Shown here: one piece after another, positions 22,344 through 31,849 of the stretch
Layout of the letters: every line of letters begins with the position of its first letter
How positions within the stretch are numbered: position 1 is the first letter of the stretch
Source: Planctomycetota bacterium
GTDB lineage: Bacteria; Planctomycetota; B15-G4
Direction of reading: 5' to 3'
Assembly (NCBI GenBank): GCA_029259725.1
Contig: JAJDER010000038.1
Span: 5,784 to 69,783 of the forward strand
DNA: 64,000 bases
Position numbers and translations under genes: made by a program
The notes under the pieces: model-generated
Told to the model about the DNA's origin: nothing
The model's input: the letters and a program-made list of their open reading frames with translations, nothing else
Databases searched by the model: none

Positions 22344-22685
22344 TCAGGCGCCGACCTGCCGGTAGAGCGACTCGAGCATGAGCAGGATCGCGAAGAGTCC
22401 CATGTAGACGGGCGTGGCCGCGATGAACTTGACCCAGCCCTTCTCGTGATCGAGGTGCATGAAGAAGAGCGCGACCAGGATCGCCTTGCCGACGGCCAGG
22501 AAGATCAGCAGCAGCATCTTCAGGTTGTGGTCGTACTCGCTGGCATACACCGAGGGGACGAAGACCTCGACGATGGTCAGGAAGGTCAGCGTCAGGAAGA
22601 CGGTGATGTACTTGCCCTTGGTCGACGTCTTCTCGCGCTTCTCGTAGAACTGATCGGGGCTGATCGTGGGACCGGTGCCGGACAT
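22344..22685 (-). CDS. ctaF: Cytochrome c oxidase subunit IV (caa3-type)
   Basis: YITVFLTLTFLTIVEV, LAVGKAILVALFFMHL; start at ATG 22685. Confidence 0.85.
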   Translation of the reverse strand: MSGTGPTISPDQFYEKREKTSTKGKYITVFLTLTFLTIVEVFVPSVYASEYDHNLKMLLLIFLAVGKAILVALFFMHLDHEKGWVKFIAATPVYMGLFAILLMLESLYRQVGA

Positions 22686-22705
22686 GGATTCGGTTTCCGC
22701 GCGGG

Positions 22706-23356
22706 TCAGAGCAGGTAGATGAAGGTGAAGACCAGGATCCAGACCAGGTCGACGAAGTGCCAGAACAGGCCGACCAGTTCGACCGGGCTGTACGAGATCC
22801 CGCCCTGGGTGTACTTGCCCTTGAGCGAGTTGATCAGGATGCAGGTCAGGTAGACCACGCCGCTGAACACGTGCAGGCCGTGGAAGCCCGTGACCACGTA
22901 GAACGTGGAGCCGAACAGGTTGTTGATCGGGACCATCCCGGCGCCGTCGTTGTAGTCGAAGCTGCTCTCGGCGAACCCGATGCCGTGGTGGAGCAGCTGG
23001 CCGTACTCGTAGTACTGGATGCTCAGGAAGCCGATGCCCCCGAGGATCGTGAGCATCAGCCAGAAGACCAGGGCCTTCTGCTTGCCGGCCTTGGCCGCGT
23101 CGACACCGAGGACCATCGAGACGCTCGAGCAGATCAGCAGGAAGGTCGCGAAGGCGGTCAGGTTGATGCCGAGGATCGCGACCGGGCTGGGCCAGTCGAT
23201 CGCGGTGATCCGCAGGATCCCGTAGGCCAGGAGCAGGCCGCCGAAGGACATGCCGTCCTGGGCGATGAAGGTCCACATCCCGACCTTGCCACCGGTGGCT
23301 TCACCGAAGTGAGGGTCGTAGGGGACCTGTGCGGGAGCTGCGTGGGCATCCGACAT
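22706..23356 (-). CDS. ctaE: Cytochrome c oxidase subunit III
   Basis: KVGMWTFI, FYVVTGFHGLHV, GLFWHFVDLVWI. Confidence 0.93.
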   Translation of the reverse strand: MSDAHAAPAQVPYDPHFGEATGGKVGMWTFIAQDGMSFGGLLLAYGILRITAIDWPSPVAILGINLTAFATFLLICSSVSMVLGVDAAKAGKQKALVFWLMLTILGGIGFLSIQYYEYGQLLHHGIGFAESSFDYNDGAGMVPINNLFGSTFYVVTGFHGLHVFSGVVYLTCILINSLKGKYTQGGISYSPVELVGLFWHFVDLVWILVFTFIYLL

Positions 23357-23369
23357 CAGGGCTCGTTTC

Positions 23370-23957
23370 CTAGGGCACGAAGAAGCAGATGAACAGGACG
23401 ATCCAGACGACGTCCACGAAGTGCCAGAACACCGCGGCGTTCACGACGAACGCGCGACGCTGGTGACCGTACCGGCCGGTGGCCGCGCCGATGCGCGCCA
23501 GGAACAGCGCGCCCAGCCCGCACAGCACGTGCAGGCCGTGGAACCAGGTGAGTCCGTAGAACAGCGACTCGTACGTGCCACCGGTGAAGGTGGTGGTCCC
23601 CGCGGCCCAGAGGTCCGCCCACAGCCAGGTCTGCAGCACGGCGAAGACCAGGCCGCCCACGAGACCTGCGGTCCACCACGAGGTGAACGGCGCACCCCGG
23701 CGCAGGGCCGAGACGGACCGGTGCAACGCGAAGCTGCTGCCGAGCAACGTCAGCGTTGCCGCGACGGCCAGCGGAAGGCTGGGCAGCGTCACGCCGACCG
23801 GCGGCCACACCGCCTGCCGCTGGCGCAGGATCAGGAAGCTGATGAACAGCACCGCGAAGGCCATCGCCCACGACCCGATGAAGATGGCCATCCCGAGGGC
23901 CGCGTTGGTGCGGTCCCGGGTGTCCTCGACAGGGGCGTGGATGCTGGCGATGGTCAT
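23370..23957 (-). CDS. Second cytochrome c oxidase subunit III-like protein
   Basis: LGMAIFIGS, FYGLTWFHGLHV, FWHFVDVVWI; start re-assigned to ATG 23957. Confidence 0.88.
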   Translation of the reverse strand: MTIASIHAPVEDTRDRTNAALGMAIFIGSWAMAFAVLFISFLILRQRQAVWPPVGVTLPSLPLAVAATLTLLGSSFALHRSVSALRRGAPFTSWWTAGLVGGLVFAVLQTWLWADLWAAGTTTFTGGTYESLFYGLTWFHGLHVLCGLGALFLARIGAATGRYGHQRRAFVVNAAVFWHFVDVVWIVLFICFFVP

Positions 23958-23977
23958 GAGCGGCGCGGGGGCAGGCC

Positions 23978-25747
23978 TCAGTGACTGGCGGCGGGCTGCG
24001 CCGAGGGATCGGTCGGGGCCGCAGCACGGTCCGCGAGCGGTTCGGTCTGGAAGATCCAGTCCTTGCCGTCCGGGATGGCCGGATTGCTGAACTCGTGCGG
24101 CCCGGTGACGACCGTGGGGATGGTCTCGAAGTTGTAGTACGGGACCGGCGACGGTACGGCCATGTCGAGCGTGCCGACCTCCCACGGGTTGGTGGGTGCC
24201 TTCGCGCCCCACCAGCGTGACCGGATGAAGTTGAACGCGAAGATCAGCTGGGCCGCGCCCAGCAGGAACGCCGCGGCGCTGGTCAGCACGTTGAGGTGCT
24301 GGAGGTCGCGCAGGTACTCGAGGTAGGTGTGGTCGTAGTACCGACGCGGCATGCCCGCGTAGCCACTCCAGAACATCACGCAGAACACGATCGTCAGCGG
24401 GATGAACGTGGCCCAGAAGTGCAGCTTGCCGAGACGCTCGTCGAGCATCCGCCCGAACATCTTGGGCATCCAGAAGTAGATCGCGGCGAACGCTCCGAAG
24501 AGCGAGGAGGCCGCCATCGTCAGGTGGAAGTGCCCCACGACGAAGTAGGTGTCGTGCAGGAAGATGTCCGTGCTGATCGTGGCCAGGTAGAGCCCGGTCA
24601 GGCCGCCGAGGCCGAACACGAACACCGTGCCCAGCGAGAACAGCATGGGCGTGGTCAGTCGGAGCGAGCCGCGCCAGATCGTGTGCAGCCAGTTGAAGAA
24701 CAGGATCTCGCCCGGCACCGAGATGATCATGGTGAGCAGCATGAAGCTCTCACCGAGCATCGGGGACAGGCCGGTGGTGAACATGTGGTGGCCGTAGACC
24801 ACCGCGCTGAGCACCGTCACGGCCAACATCGCACCGACCGTCACGCGGTAGCCGAAGGCCGGCTTGCGCGCGAAGAACGAGAGGAAGTCGCTGATGAAGC
24901 CCCAGGCCGGCAGGATCAGGATGTAGACCTCGGGGTGACCGAAGATCCAGAACAGGTGCTGGTAGAGGATCGGGTCGCCGCCGCCGCCGTCGATCATGGT
25001 GGCCGGCACGTAGAACTGGGTGCCGAACGCACGGTCGAGCACCAGCAGGATCATGGCGGAGCCGATCACCGGCAGGAACAGCACGTTCAGGATGGCCGTG
25101 AAGAACATGCCCCAGATCGTGAGCGGCAGGCGGCTCCAGGTCATGCCCGGCGCCCGCAGCCGCACGATGGTCGTGATGTAGTTGATGCCGCCCATGATCG
25201 AGCTCGCGCCGATCAGGAACACCGCGAGGGCCCAGAGCGTCTCGCCGCTGCCCGGCGCGCCGACCGTGGTCGAGAGCGTCGGGTAGCCGGTCCATCCGGC
25301 CTCGGAGGCGCCGAGCGGGACGAGCAGGCTGTAGAAGCCCACCGCGCCGCCGAGCATCAGCGTCCAGAAGGACAGCATGTTCAGCAGCGGGACGATCATG
25401 TCCCGCGCGCCGATCAGCATCGGGATGCAGTAGTTGCCGAAGCAACCGATCAGCACGGGCGTGAGCCCGAGGAAGATCATGATCGTGCCGTGCATCGTGA
25501 ACAGCACGTTGTACGTGTCCGGCTGGATCACGCCGCCCGTCGACGGGAACAGCAGCGCGCCCAGCACCGGGAAGGGCTCACCCGGGTTGGCCAGCTGCCA
25601 ACGGATCATCATGGCCATCATCCCGCCGATGAGCAGCCAGACGAGACCGAACCAGAGGAACTGCTTGGCGATGACCTTGTGATCGACCGAGAAGACGTGC
25701 TTGCGCCAGAAGCTCGTGGGCTCGGGATGGATGCCGTCGTGGCTCAT
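23978..25747 (-). CDS. ctaD: Cytochrome c oxidase subunit I (A1 type)
   Basis: TMHGTIM, GARDM (D-channel), WIFGHPEVY, GHHMFT, VVGHFHLTM, GMPRRY. Confidence 0.97.
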   Translation of the reverse strand: MSHDGIHPEPTSFWRKHVFSVDHKVIAKQFLWFGLVWLLIGGMMAMMIRWQLANPGEPFPVLGALLFPSTGGVIQPDTYNVLFTMHGTIMIFLGLTPVLIGCFGNYCIPMLIGARDMIVPLLNMLSFWTLMLGGAVGFYSLLVPLGASEAGWTGYPTLSTTVGAPGSGETLWALAVFLIGASSIMGGINYITTIVRLRAPGMTWSRLPLTIWGMFFTAILNVLFLPVIGSAMILLVLDRAFGTQFYVPATMIDGGGGDPILYQHLFWIFGHPEVYILILPAWGFISDFLSFFARKPAFGYRVTVGAMLAVTVLSAVVYGHHMFTTGLSPMLGESFMLLTMIISVPGEILFFNWLHTIWRGSLRLTTPMLFSLGTVFVFGLGGLTGLYLATISTDIFLHDTYFVVGHFHLTMAASSLFGAFAAIYFWMPKMFGRMLDERLGKLHFWATFIPLTIVFCVMFWSGYAGMPRRYYDHTYLEYLRDLQHLNVLTSAAAFLLGAAQLIFAFNFIRSRWWGAKAPTNPWEVGTLDMAVPSPVPYYNFETIPTVVTGPHEFSNPAIPDGKDWIFQTEPLADRAAAPTDPSAQPAASH

Positions 25748-25751
25748 CGTC

Positions 25752-26618
25752 CTACTCCTTCCAATCCCAGGCCCACTGGGCCTCGGTGTCCTCGGGATCG
25801 AACCCGGCCACGGCGATCATGCTCGCGTCCTGCTCCCAGGCGCCGAAGTCCTCCGGCGAGAGCACGTGCAGCTGCGCGCCCATCTGGTAGTGGGCGAAGC
25901 CGCACAACTCGGCGCACAGGATGGCGAAGTCGCCCGCCGTGATCGGCTGGAACCAGGCCTGGTTCACGGCGCCGGGGTTGGCATCGCGCTTCATGCGCAT
26001 GTCGGGGACGTAGAGGCTGTGGATGACGTCCTTGCTGGTCAGGTTGAACACGACCGGACGATCCTGGGGCACGGTCAGGTCGTTGATCGTGATCACGTCG
26101 TCGGCCGTGCCGAACTCACCGTCGAGACCCGTGGCGCGGAAGTTCCACGACCACTGCTGGGCCAGGACCTCGACGCGGTAGGCACCCTCGAGCTCGGTCG
26201 GGATGTTCCAGTAGCCCTCGCGCAGATCCCTCACGGCGATGACCAGCACCCACGCGTCCAGCACGATGAACACGATCACGGACACGGTCGCCGTGAAGCG
26301 CTTGTCGAACAGGCTCGACCCGTGGTCGAAGCTGGCCTTGTGCCCCGCCCGCGCCCGGTCCCGGATCATCGGGAGCACGAGCAGGATGAGCATGATCGCG
26401 AAGCTGACCGAGATCAGGATCGTGATCAGCGTGAACAGTTCGTCGTAGCGCCATCCGTAGTCCGAGGCGCTGGGGTTCGGGCCCCAGCGGTTCGGCAGGT
26501 CCACGGCTTCCTGCAGCATCGCGGCGTCGGCGCAGGGCGACAGCATCAGGAGCAGGGCTCCGGTGCCGAGCCAGCGCCAGGTCGCGCGCGACCGCAGGGC
26601 GTCGAGCAGGGTCTTCAC
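25752..26618 (-). CDS. ctaC: Cytochrome c oxidase subunit II (no fused cytochrome c)
   Basis: VEVLAQQWSW, DVIHS...CAELCGFAHYQM CuA ligands; GTG start at 26618. Confidence 0.94.
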   Translation of the reverse strand: MKTLLDALRSRATWRWLGTGALLLMLSPCADAAMLQEAVDLPNRWGPNPSASDYGWRYDELFTLITILISVSFAIMLILLVLPMIRDRARAGHKASFDHGSSLFDKRFTATVSVIVFIVLDAWVLVIAVRDLREGYWNIPTELEGAYRVEVLAQQWSWNFRATGLDGEFGTADDVITINDLTVPQDRPVVFNLTSKDVIHSLYVPDMRMKRDANPGAVNQAWFQPITAGDFAILCAELCGFAHYQMGAQLHVLSPEDFGAWEQDASMIAVAGFDPEDTEAQWAWDWKE

Positions 26619-26647
26619 GGTTCTCTCGTCTCTCCTGGGTTCCGTGA

Positions 26648-27793
26648 TCAGTGCCCGGCGCGCACGTCCGCCATGAAGGCGGCGCGCTTCGCAGGCTGGC
26701 CGTGGTACTCGTCCGTCAGGTGGCGGACGTAGTGGGCGATGGCCCAGATGGTCTTGTCCGGGAACGTCTCCCAGGTCGGCATGCCGGCGCCCTGGATGCC
26801 CGCCTTGATGGTGCGGGCCACGTCCTGCGGGGTCCGACCGCGGCGCATCGTGTGCCAGGTGAAGTCCGGCACCATGATGTCGACCGACTCCCCGAGCACC
26901 TCGTAGCTGCTGTCCTCGACCCGCTTGGGGATGGTGATGTTCTCGCGGAAGGCGGTGTCCGCGGGCTTGTCCTGGATCGCGTTGATCGCCACGGCGCCGA
27001 GGTAGCCCGGGTGGCAGTTGTAGCAGCCGTTGGCGTGGTAGAGCCGCTCGCCCTCGGCGACGGCGGCCGGGATGTCGCCGACCCACGGGTCCTCGCCGAC
27101 GTCGATCGGATCGCCGAAGTCGTTGGTCGAGTCGCGCCAGCCTTCGTCTTCGGGCGACATGCTCTTGATGTACTGCACCACGTCGCGCAGGCGGGGCTCG
27201 GCCACGTCCCACGGGAACATGGGCGTGCCGTCGAGGCCTTCCTGGATCAGGTGCACGAGCGCGTCGTCGCTGGGCAGGTAGTCCGGGCTCACCTTGGTGA
27301 ACTTGAACAGGCCCTGGCTGAAGTCGCGCGGCGGCGGGCGCAGGGCCTGGGCCGAGCGGCCGTAGCCGTCCCCGTCCAGACCGTGGCAGCTCGCGCAGAA
27401 CTGGACGTAGTCCTGGCGACCGCGCGTCAGCGTCTCGGCCGACACGTTCTGCCAGTAGACCTCCTCGTCGTCGTCCCAGACGTACTCGCCGCGGTTGTCC
27501 GACCAGACCTCGGCGTCGTCGTCGAAGGAGAAGCGGCCGGGGAACTCGGCGTCGAGGCGGGGAAAGAGCACTTCGGCCCAATCCTCGCCGGCCGCGAGCA
27601 GGCGGTCGTCGTCCGTGATCTCGAAGGAGACGTCATGGGGCGCGCGCAGGTGCCGCTTGGCCGGGTCCAGCTCGCCGCCGTCCTCGTCGTCCACGAACGC
27701 GGACAGCGAACCGGCGGTGGCGAGCGGAGCGGCCAGGATCACGGCGACGGCGAGCGGCAGGAGACGCCCACGAGGGCGGCGGTGTCGCAGCAT
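26648..27793 (-). CDS. Exported di-heme cytochrome c heading the oxidase operon
   Basis: Signal peptide; CASCH and CYNCH heme motifs; RPPPRDF..G.FKF; GTPMFPW; GAGMPTW. Confidence 0.88.
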   Translation of the reverse strand: MLRHRRPRGRLLPLAVAVILAAPLATAGSLSAFVDDEDGGELDPAKRHLRAPHDVSFEITDDDRLLAAGEDWAEVLFPRLDAEFPGRFSFDDDAEVWSDNRGEYVWDDDEEVYWQNVSAETLTRGRQDYVQFCASCHGLDGDGYGRSAQALRPPPRDFSQGLFKFTKVSPDYLPSDDALVHLIQEGLDGTPMFPWDVAEPRLRDVVQYIKSMSPEDEGWRDSTNDFGDPIDVGEDPWVGDIPAAVAEGERLYHANGCYNCHPGYLGAVAINAIQDKPADTAFRENITIPKRVEDSSYEVLGESVDIMVPDFTWHTMRRGRTPQDVARTIKAGIQGAGMPTWETFPDKTIWAIAHYVRHLTDEYHGQPAKRAAFMADVRAGH

Positions 27794-27976
27794 CGGACGG
27801 GTCCCAGACCGGGGAGAAGAGGGGTCCAGTGGCCCCCCGGGTGACCGGCCTCCGACGGACGGAGGAGCGGTATTTCGTGGCCCCAGGGTGGACACGGGGC
27901 GGATCTTAGTCGGGCTGGGGGCGCGGACACAAGGTTGGATCAGCGGACGGGAGCGTCCGGGATCCGACCGGCGTGG

Positions 27977-29095
27977 TCAGCGCTCCGGCGCCCGGGTCGC
28001 CTGGCTGCCGTAGTGGTGGATGCTGCCGTCGGGGGCCTCGATCCGCAGGCCGCCGAGCACGCCGGGCGAGACCCACGGATAGTCGAGCGGGACCTTGCCG
28101 TGGCCGCCGGGGACGTCGAGCAGGTACCGGGGCAGGGCGTACCCCGGGACGGTGCCGCGCAGGCCCCGCATCAGGGCGTACCCGGCCTGCACGCTGGTGC
28201 GCAGGTGGGCGGTGCCCGGGACCAGGTCCGCGTGGTGCAGGGCGTAGGGCCGGACCCCGGTCCGCATCAGCGCCCAGATGAGCGCGCGATGGGTCTCGAC
28301 GTCGGTGTTGATGCCGGCCAGCAGGACCGACTGGTTGAGCACGTCGATGCCCTGGGAGCGCAGCCGCGCGCAGGCCACCGCGGCCTGCTCGCTGACCTCG
28401 GCCGCGTGGTTGAAGTGGGTCACGACCAGGGTGTTCGTCCGCAGGCGGCCGAGGGCCGTCGCCAGCGCGGAGGTCACCCGGAACGGGTTCACCACCGGCA
28501 TGCGTGTGTGCAGGCGCAGGGACCAGACGTGGTCGAGGACGTCGAGCCGACCGAGCAGCGCGAGCAGCTTGTCGTCCCCGAGGGTCAGCGGGTCGCCGCC
28601 GGTGAGGATCACCTCGTGGATCTCGGGTTCGGCGGCGATCCAGGCCACGGCGTCGTCGAGGTCCCCCGCGGTGACGGCGTACTCGGCGTTGCCGACCATG
28701 CGCTTCCTGAAACAGTGCCGGCAGTGCACCGAGCAGGTCGGCGTGGGAAACAGGAGCACGCGATCGCGGTAGCGGCGCGTGATCGCGGGCAAGGGGTGCA
28801 GGCCGGGTTCCTCGTCGCCGATGGGGTCGGCGCGCTCCTCGGGGGAGGTCACCAGCTCCCGCGGCGACGGCACCGCCAGGGCCCAGACCGGATCGTCCTC
28901 GCCCGCCCGCTCCGCCAGGCCCAGGTAGTACGGCGTGGCGCGCATGCCGTACAGGGCGATGGCGGCCTCGATGCCGGGGCGGTCCAGCCCGGACAGGTCG
29001 AAGCGGCCGGGGAACAGCGTCTCGACGTCGGCCAGGGAGGTGGCGGCGTGGCCGTGCTGCCAGCGCCAGTCGGGGTGCGAGGGGATCATCGCCAC
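27977..29095 (-). CDS. KamA family radical SAM enzyme (lysine 2,3-aminomutase / EpmB-like)
   Basis: ITRRYRDRVL, CSVHCRHCFRK, EVILTGGDPL, RLHTRMPVVNP, NQSVLLAGIN, PRYLLDVPGGHGKVP. Confidence 0.92.
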   Translation of the reverse strand: MAMIPSHPDWRWQHGHAATSLADVETLFPGRFDLSGLDRPGIEAAIALYGMRATPYYLGLAERAGEDDPVWALAVPSPRELVTSPEERADPIGDEEPGLHPLPAITRRYRDRVLLFPTPTCSVHCRHCFRKRMVGNAEYAVTAGDLDDAVAWIAAEPEIHEVILTGGDPLTLGDDKLLALLGRLDVLDHVWSLRLHTRMPVVNPFRVTSALATALGRLRTNTLVVTHFNHAAEVSEQAAVACARLRSQGIDVLNQSVLLAGINTDVETHRALIWALMRTGVRPYALHHADLVPGTAHLRTSVQAGYALMRGLRGTVPGYALPRYLLDVPGGHGKVPLDYPWVSPGVLGGLRIEAPDGSIHHYGSQATRAPER

Positions 29096-29140
29096 CAGCC
29101 TCGCTCAACGTCCGGTCAGGCGGCAAGCGGCCCGGTGCGG

Positions 29141-29206
29141 GACCCGCCGCGCGACCCGCCGGCTGACCCGCCGGCTGACCCGCCGCCTGACCCGCCGCGT
29201 GATCCG
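29141..29206. repeat. 12-bp tandem array (GACCCGCCGnnn x5 plus a degenerate sixth) in a divergent intergenic region
   Basis: Units start at 29141, 29153, 29165, 29177, 29189 and 29201. Confidence 0.85.
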
Positions 29207-29269
29207 TGGGACACTGGTCGCGGCGCCTTCGGGTCGGACCTCGTGACGCGGCGCCTCGGGAGAGACGCG

Positions 29270-31333
29270 ATGTCGACCACCTCTCGGGTCCACCTCGGAG
29301 GGCTGCTGCTCGCGGGTCTGGTGCAGCCGCTGGGCCCGGTCACGGCCCAGTGCACCGAGGATTGGCTGGCACCCCCGGTCTTCGAAGCGGGCGGGGCCTT
29401 CGGTCGCGGACTCGACCTGCAGGGCGACCTGCTCGTCGTCGGAGCCGACGGCGTGGGCACGCCCGGCGGCGGTGAGGGCGTCCTCTACGTGTTTCGGGAG
29501 GTCGGGGCGGAGTGGGCCCTGGAGGTGAATATCCAGGGCGGGCTGAACAACAACGGCTTCGGCGAGCCGGCCGTCGTCGATGGTGAGCTCTTCCTCTACG
29601 GCTGGGACCTCGGCAACGAGCTGCATGTCACCGCGTACTGGGACGAGGACGGCGGTGCCGGCGACTGGATCTGGCTCTTCGGGGACTCGTTCCCCGGCGG
29701 TGGCCATGGTCTCGCGATGGACATCCACGAAGGCCTGTTCGCCTACGGAAACGCCTCCGACGTGGTCAAGTCGATCCGCTGGGACGGGCAGTCGCTCTCC
29801 TCGCACTCCTTCGCCCAGTCTCCGCGACCGCCGGCCGAGCAGGGCGACTTCGGCGCCGCCGTCGGCATCACACGTCCCGGCCAGACCGAGCTGCTCATCG
29901 TGGGGGAGCCCGAGAGCACCTCGGACCCCACGGCGCCGGGTGCGGTCCACGTCTTCCGCGAGGGTTCGGGGTGGGTGTTCCGGCAGACGCTCGCACCGGC
30001 CGACGTGTCGATCGGCGACGGCTTCGGCCGCGCGCTTTCCGTGGACCGCGAGACACTCGTCGTGACCGCGCCGTTCCAGGTGGGCCCGCGCGGGGAGGTC
30101 GGCGCGCTGTACGTCTACTCCATGGACACGGTCCTGCTCGAGTGGGTCCTCGTGCAGAAGCTTGTCGTCGACGAAGAGGATGCGTTCCTGGGCTTCCCGG
30201 TCGTGGACGTCGACGGCGACGACCTGGTGGCCTCCGCATCGGCCCTGGGCGAGCTGGTGGCCTACTACCACTTCCGGCGCAACGCCTCGGGGTTGTTCGC
30301 CCTGGAAGACGTCATCGCGCCCGCCGGGCTCACCGACCAGGACGGGTTCGGGCTCGGGCTCGCCCTGGACGACGGGCGCGTGGCGGCCGGCGCCCCCCGG
30401 CTCGACGCGGGTCCGCTCGAGGACGTGGGGGGCGTGGTGATCCACGAGTTCCCACCGGGGTGCCTCGCCGTCACCGGTGTCGTGCCGGATGCGGGGCTCT
30501 TCCACCAGCAGACGTCCGCCGTCATCGGCGGCCTTGGCTTCGAGCCGGCCCCGACGGCGGTCAGCTTCGGCGGGGCGCCGGCGACCTCCGTGACGTGGCT
30601 GTCGGAGACCACTCTGCTGGCCGACGCCCCTCCCGGCGTGCAGGGCCAGGTCGTCGATGTCACCGTCACCCAGGGCAGCGAGGGCGACACGCTCGCCGGG
30701 GGCTTCACCTACGTCGGCACCGAGATCCAGGTGCTCCATCCCGCTGCGGGCAACGTGACCGGGGGCCAGTCGATCGTGGTCACGGTGAGCTTCCCGACGA
30801 CGCTCGCTGACAGCAGCGCCAGCGTGAACGGGGCTCCGGCAGCGGTTGTCGGGCAGTTGTCGGCGGACACCTTCGAGCTGGTCACGCCCGGCGAGGTGGC
30901 CGTGCCGGGCGGGCCGGTCGACGTCGTCTTCACGAACGCCAACGGAGTCGGCGTCGCCGTTGCGGGCTTCACCTACACGCCGGCCCTGTCGGTGTCGGTC
31001 ACGGGCCAGACCGGGACCGGCGGTACGCTCGACCTCTGGTGGATCGACGACCCCGCTTCGACACCGGGCCAGCTGGTCTGGCTGTGGATCGACGACCCGT
31101 CGGTGCCCGACCTGCCCACGACGCTGCCTGCCTTCGGGGGAACGCTCCAGTCGCAACCGCTCGTCATGGTGCTCTCGGCATTCCCCGTGGGGTTCACGCC
31201 GGTCGCGCTTCCGTTCTCACCCGTGCCGGCCAGTCTGGGCGGGGTGCCGCTCTCGGCCCAGGGAGTCGTGACGGGGGAGGGCGGTGCCAAGGGCAGCTTC
31301 ACGAACGTGGCGGGATTTCAGATCCTCCCGTAG
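29270..31333 (+). CDS. Secreted FG-GAP (integrin-alpha-like) propeller + two IPT/TIG domains + C-terminal domain
   Basis: Start re-assigned to ATG 29270 (signal peptide); FGRGLDLQGDLLVVGA, FGAAVGI, FGRALSVD, FGLGLALDDGRVAAGAP repeats; IPT motif TAVSFGGAPATSVTWLSETTL. Confidence 0.82.
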   Translation: MSTTSRVHLGGLLLAGLVQPLGPVTAQCTEDWLAPPVFEAGGAFGRGLDLQGDLLVVGADGVGTPGGGEGVLYVFREVGAEWALEVNIQGGLNNNGFGEPAVVDGELFLYGWDLGNELHVTAYWDEDGGAGDWIWLFGDSFPGGGHGLAMDIHEGLFAYGNASDVVKSIRWDGQSLSSHSFAQSPRPPAEQGDFGAAVGITRPGQTELLIVGEPESTSDPTAPGAVHVFREGSGWVFRQTLAPADVSIGDGFGRALSVDRETLVVTAPFQVGPRGEVGALYVYSMDTVLLEWVLVQKLVVDEEDAFLGFPVVDVDGDDLVASASALGELVAYYHFRRNASGLFALEDVIAPAGLTDQDGFGLGLALDDGRVAAGAPRLDAGPLEDVGGVVIHEFPPGCLAVTGVVPDAGLFHQQTSAVIGGLGFEPAPTAVSFGGAPATSVTWLSETTLLADAPPGVQGQVVDVTVTQGSEGDTLAGGFTYVGTEIQVLHPAAGNVTGGQSIVVTVSFPTTLADSSASVNGAPAAVVGQLSADTFELVTPGEVAVPGGPVDVVFTNANGVGVAVAGFTYTPALSVSVTGQTGTGGTLDLWWIDDPASTPGQLVWLWIDDPSVPDLPTTLPAFGGTLQSQPLVMVLSAFPVGFTPVALPFSPVPASLGGVPLSAQGVVTGEGGAKGSFTNVAGFQILP

Positions 31334-31367
31334 GGGAGGCCGACGGCGATGCCCCCGGCGTCGCGCC

Positions 31368-31772
31368 TCACGGCTCCTCGTCCCCGGGCTCGGCGTCGCC
31401 GTTCCCCCGCCGTTCCTTCACCGCGCGGCGCAGCAGGTACTCGATGTGGGCGTTGAGGCTGCGGAACTCGCCCGCGGCCCAGCCGCGCAACTCGGTCATG
31501 AGCTCGGGCGGGAGGCGCAGCAGGAAGCCCTTGCGAGGACCCTTGGACGGGCGCCCACCGCGAGGGGGCGGGGTCGCGTCGCCGTCGGCCGCGCCGCCGT
31601 CATCTGCGTCGTCGCCTGCCCCGCCACCCGCGCCGTCATCTGCGCCGTCACCCGCGCCGCCATCTGCGCCGCCGCCGTCGTCGGTGCCTCCGCCGTTCGC
31701 GGCGTCGTCGTCACCGCGGGCCTCGACGTCAGCGGCGTCGGGTCCGTCGTCGCGAGGCGGGTCGTCGACCAT
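31368..31772 (-). CDS. Arc/ribbon-helix-helix DNA-binding protein with a low-complexity Asp/Gly N-terminus
   Basis: RKGFLLRLPPELMTELRGWAAGEFRSLNAHIEYLL; directly downstream of the SPFH gene. Confidence 0.8.
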   Translation of the reverse strand: MVDDPPRDDGPDAADVEARGDDDAANGGGTDDGGGADGGAGDGADDGAGGGAGDDADDGGAADGDATPPPRGGRPSKGPRKGFLLRLPPELMTELRGWAAGEFRSLNAHIEYLLRRAVKERRGNGDAEPGDEEP

Positions 31773-31849
31773 CGGTCAGTTCCGCGGGCCGCCCCGGCCC
31801 CGGCATGCGGGGCGGGGCGGTCGGTCGGCGCGCGTGGGCGCCGCGCGCA

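Noticed and set aside
27935-29269. N-terminal 445 aa of the 1132-aa ORF 27935-31333
   Set aside because: Antisense to kamA; the real protein appears to start at ATG 29270 with a signal peptide
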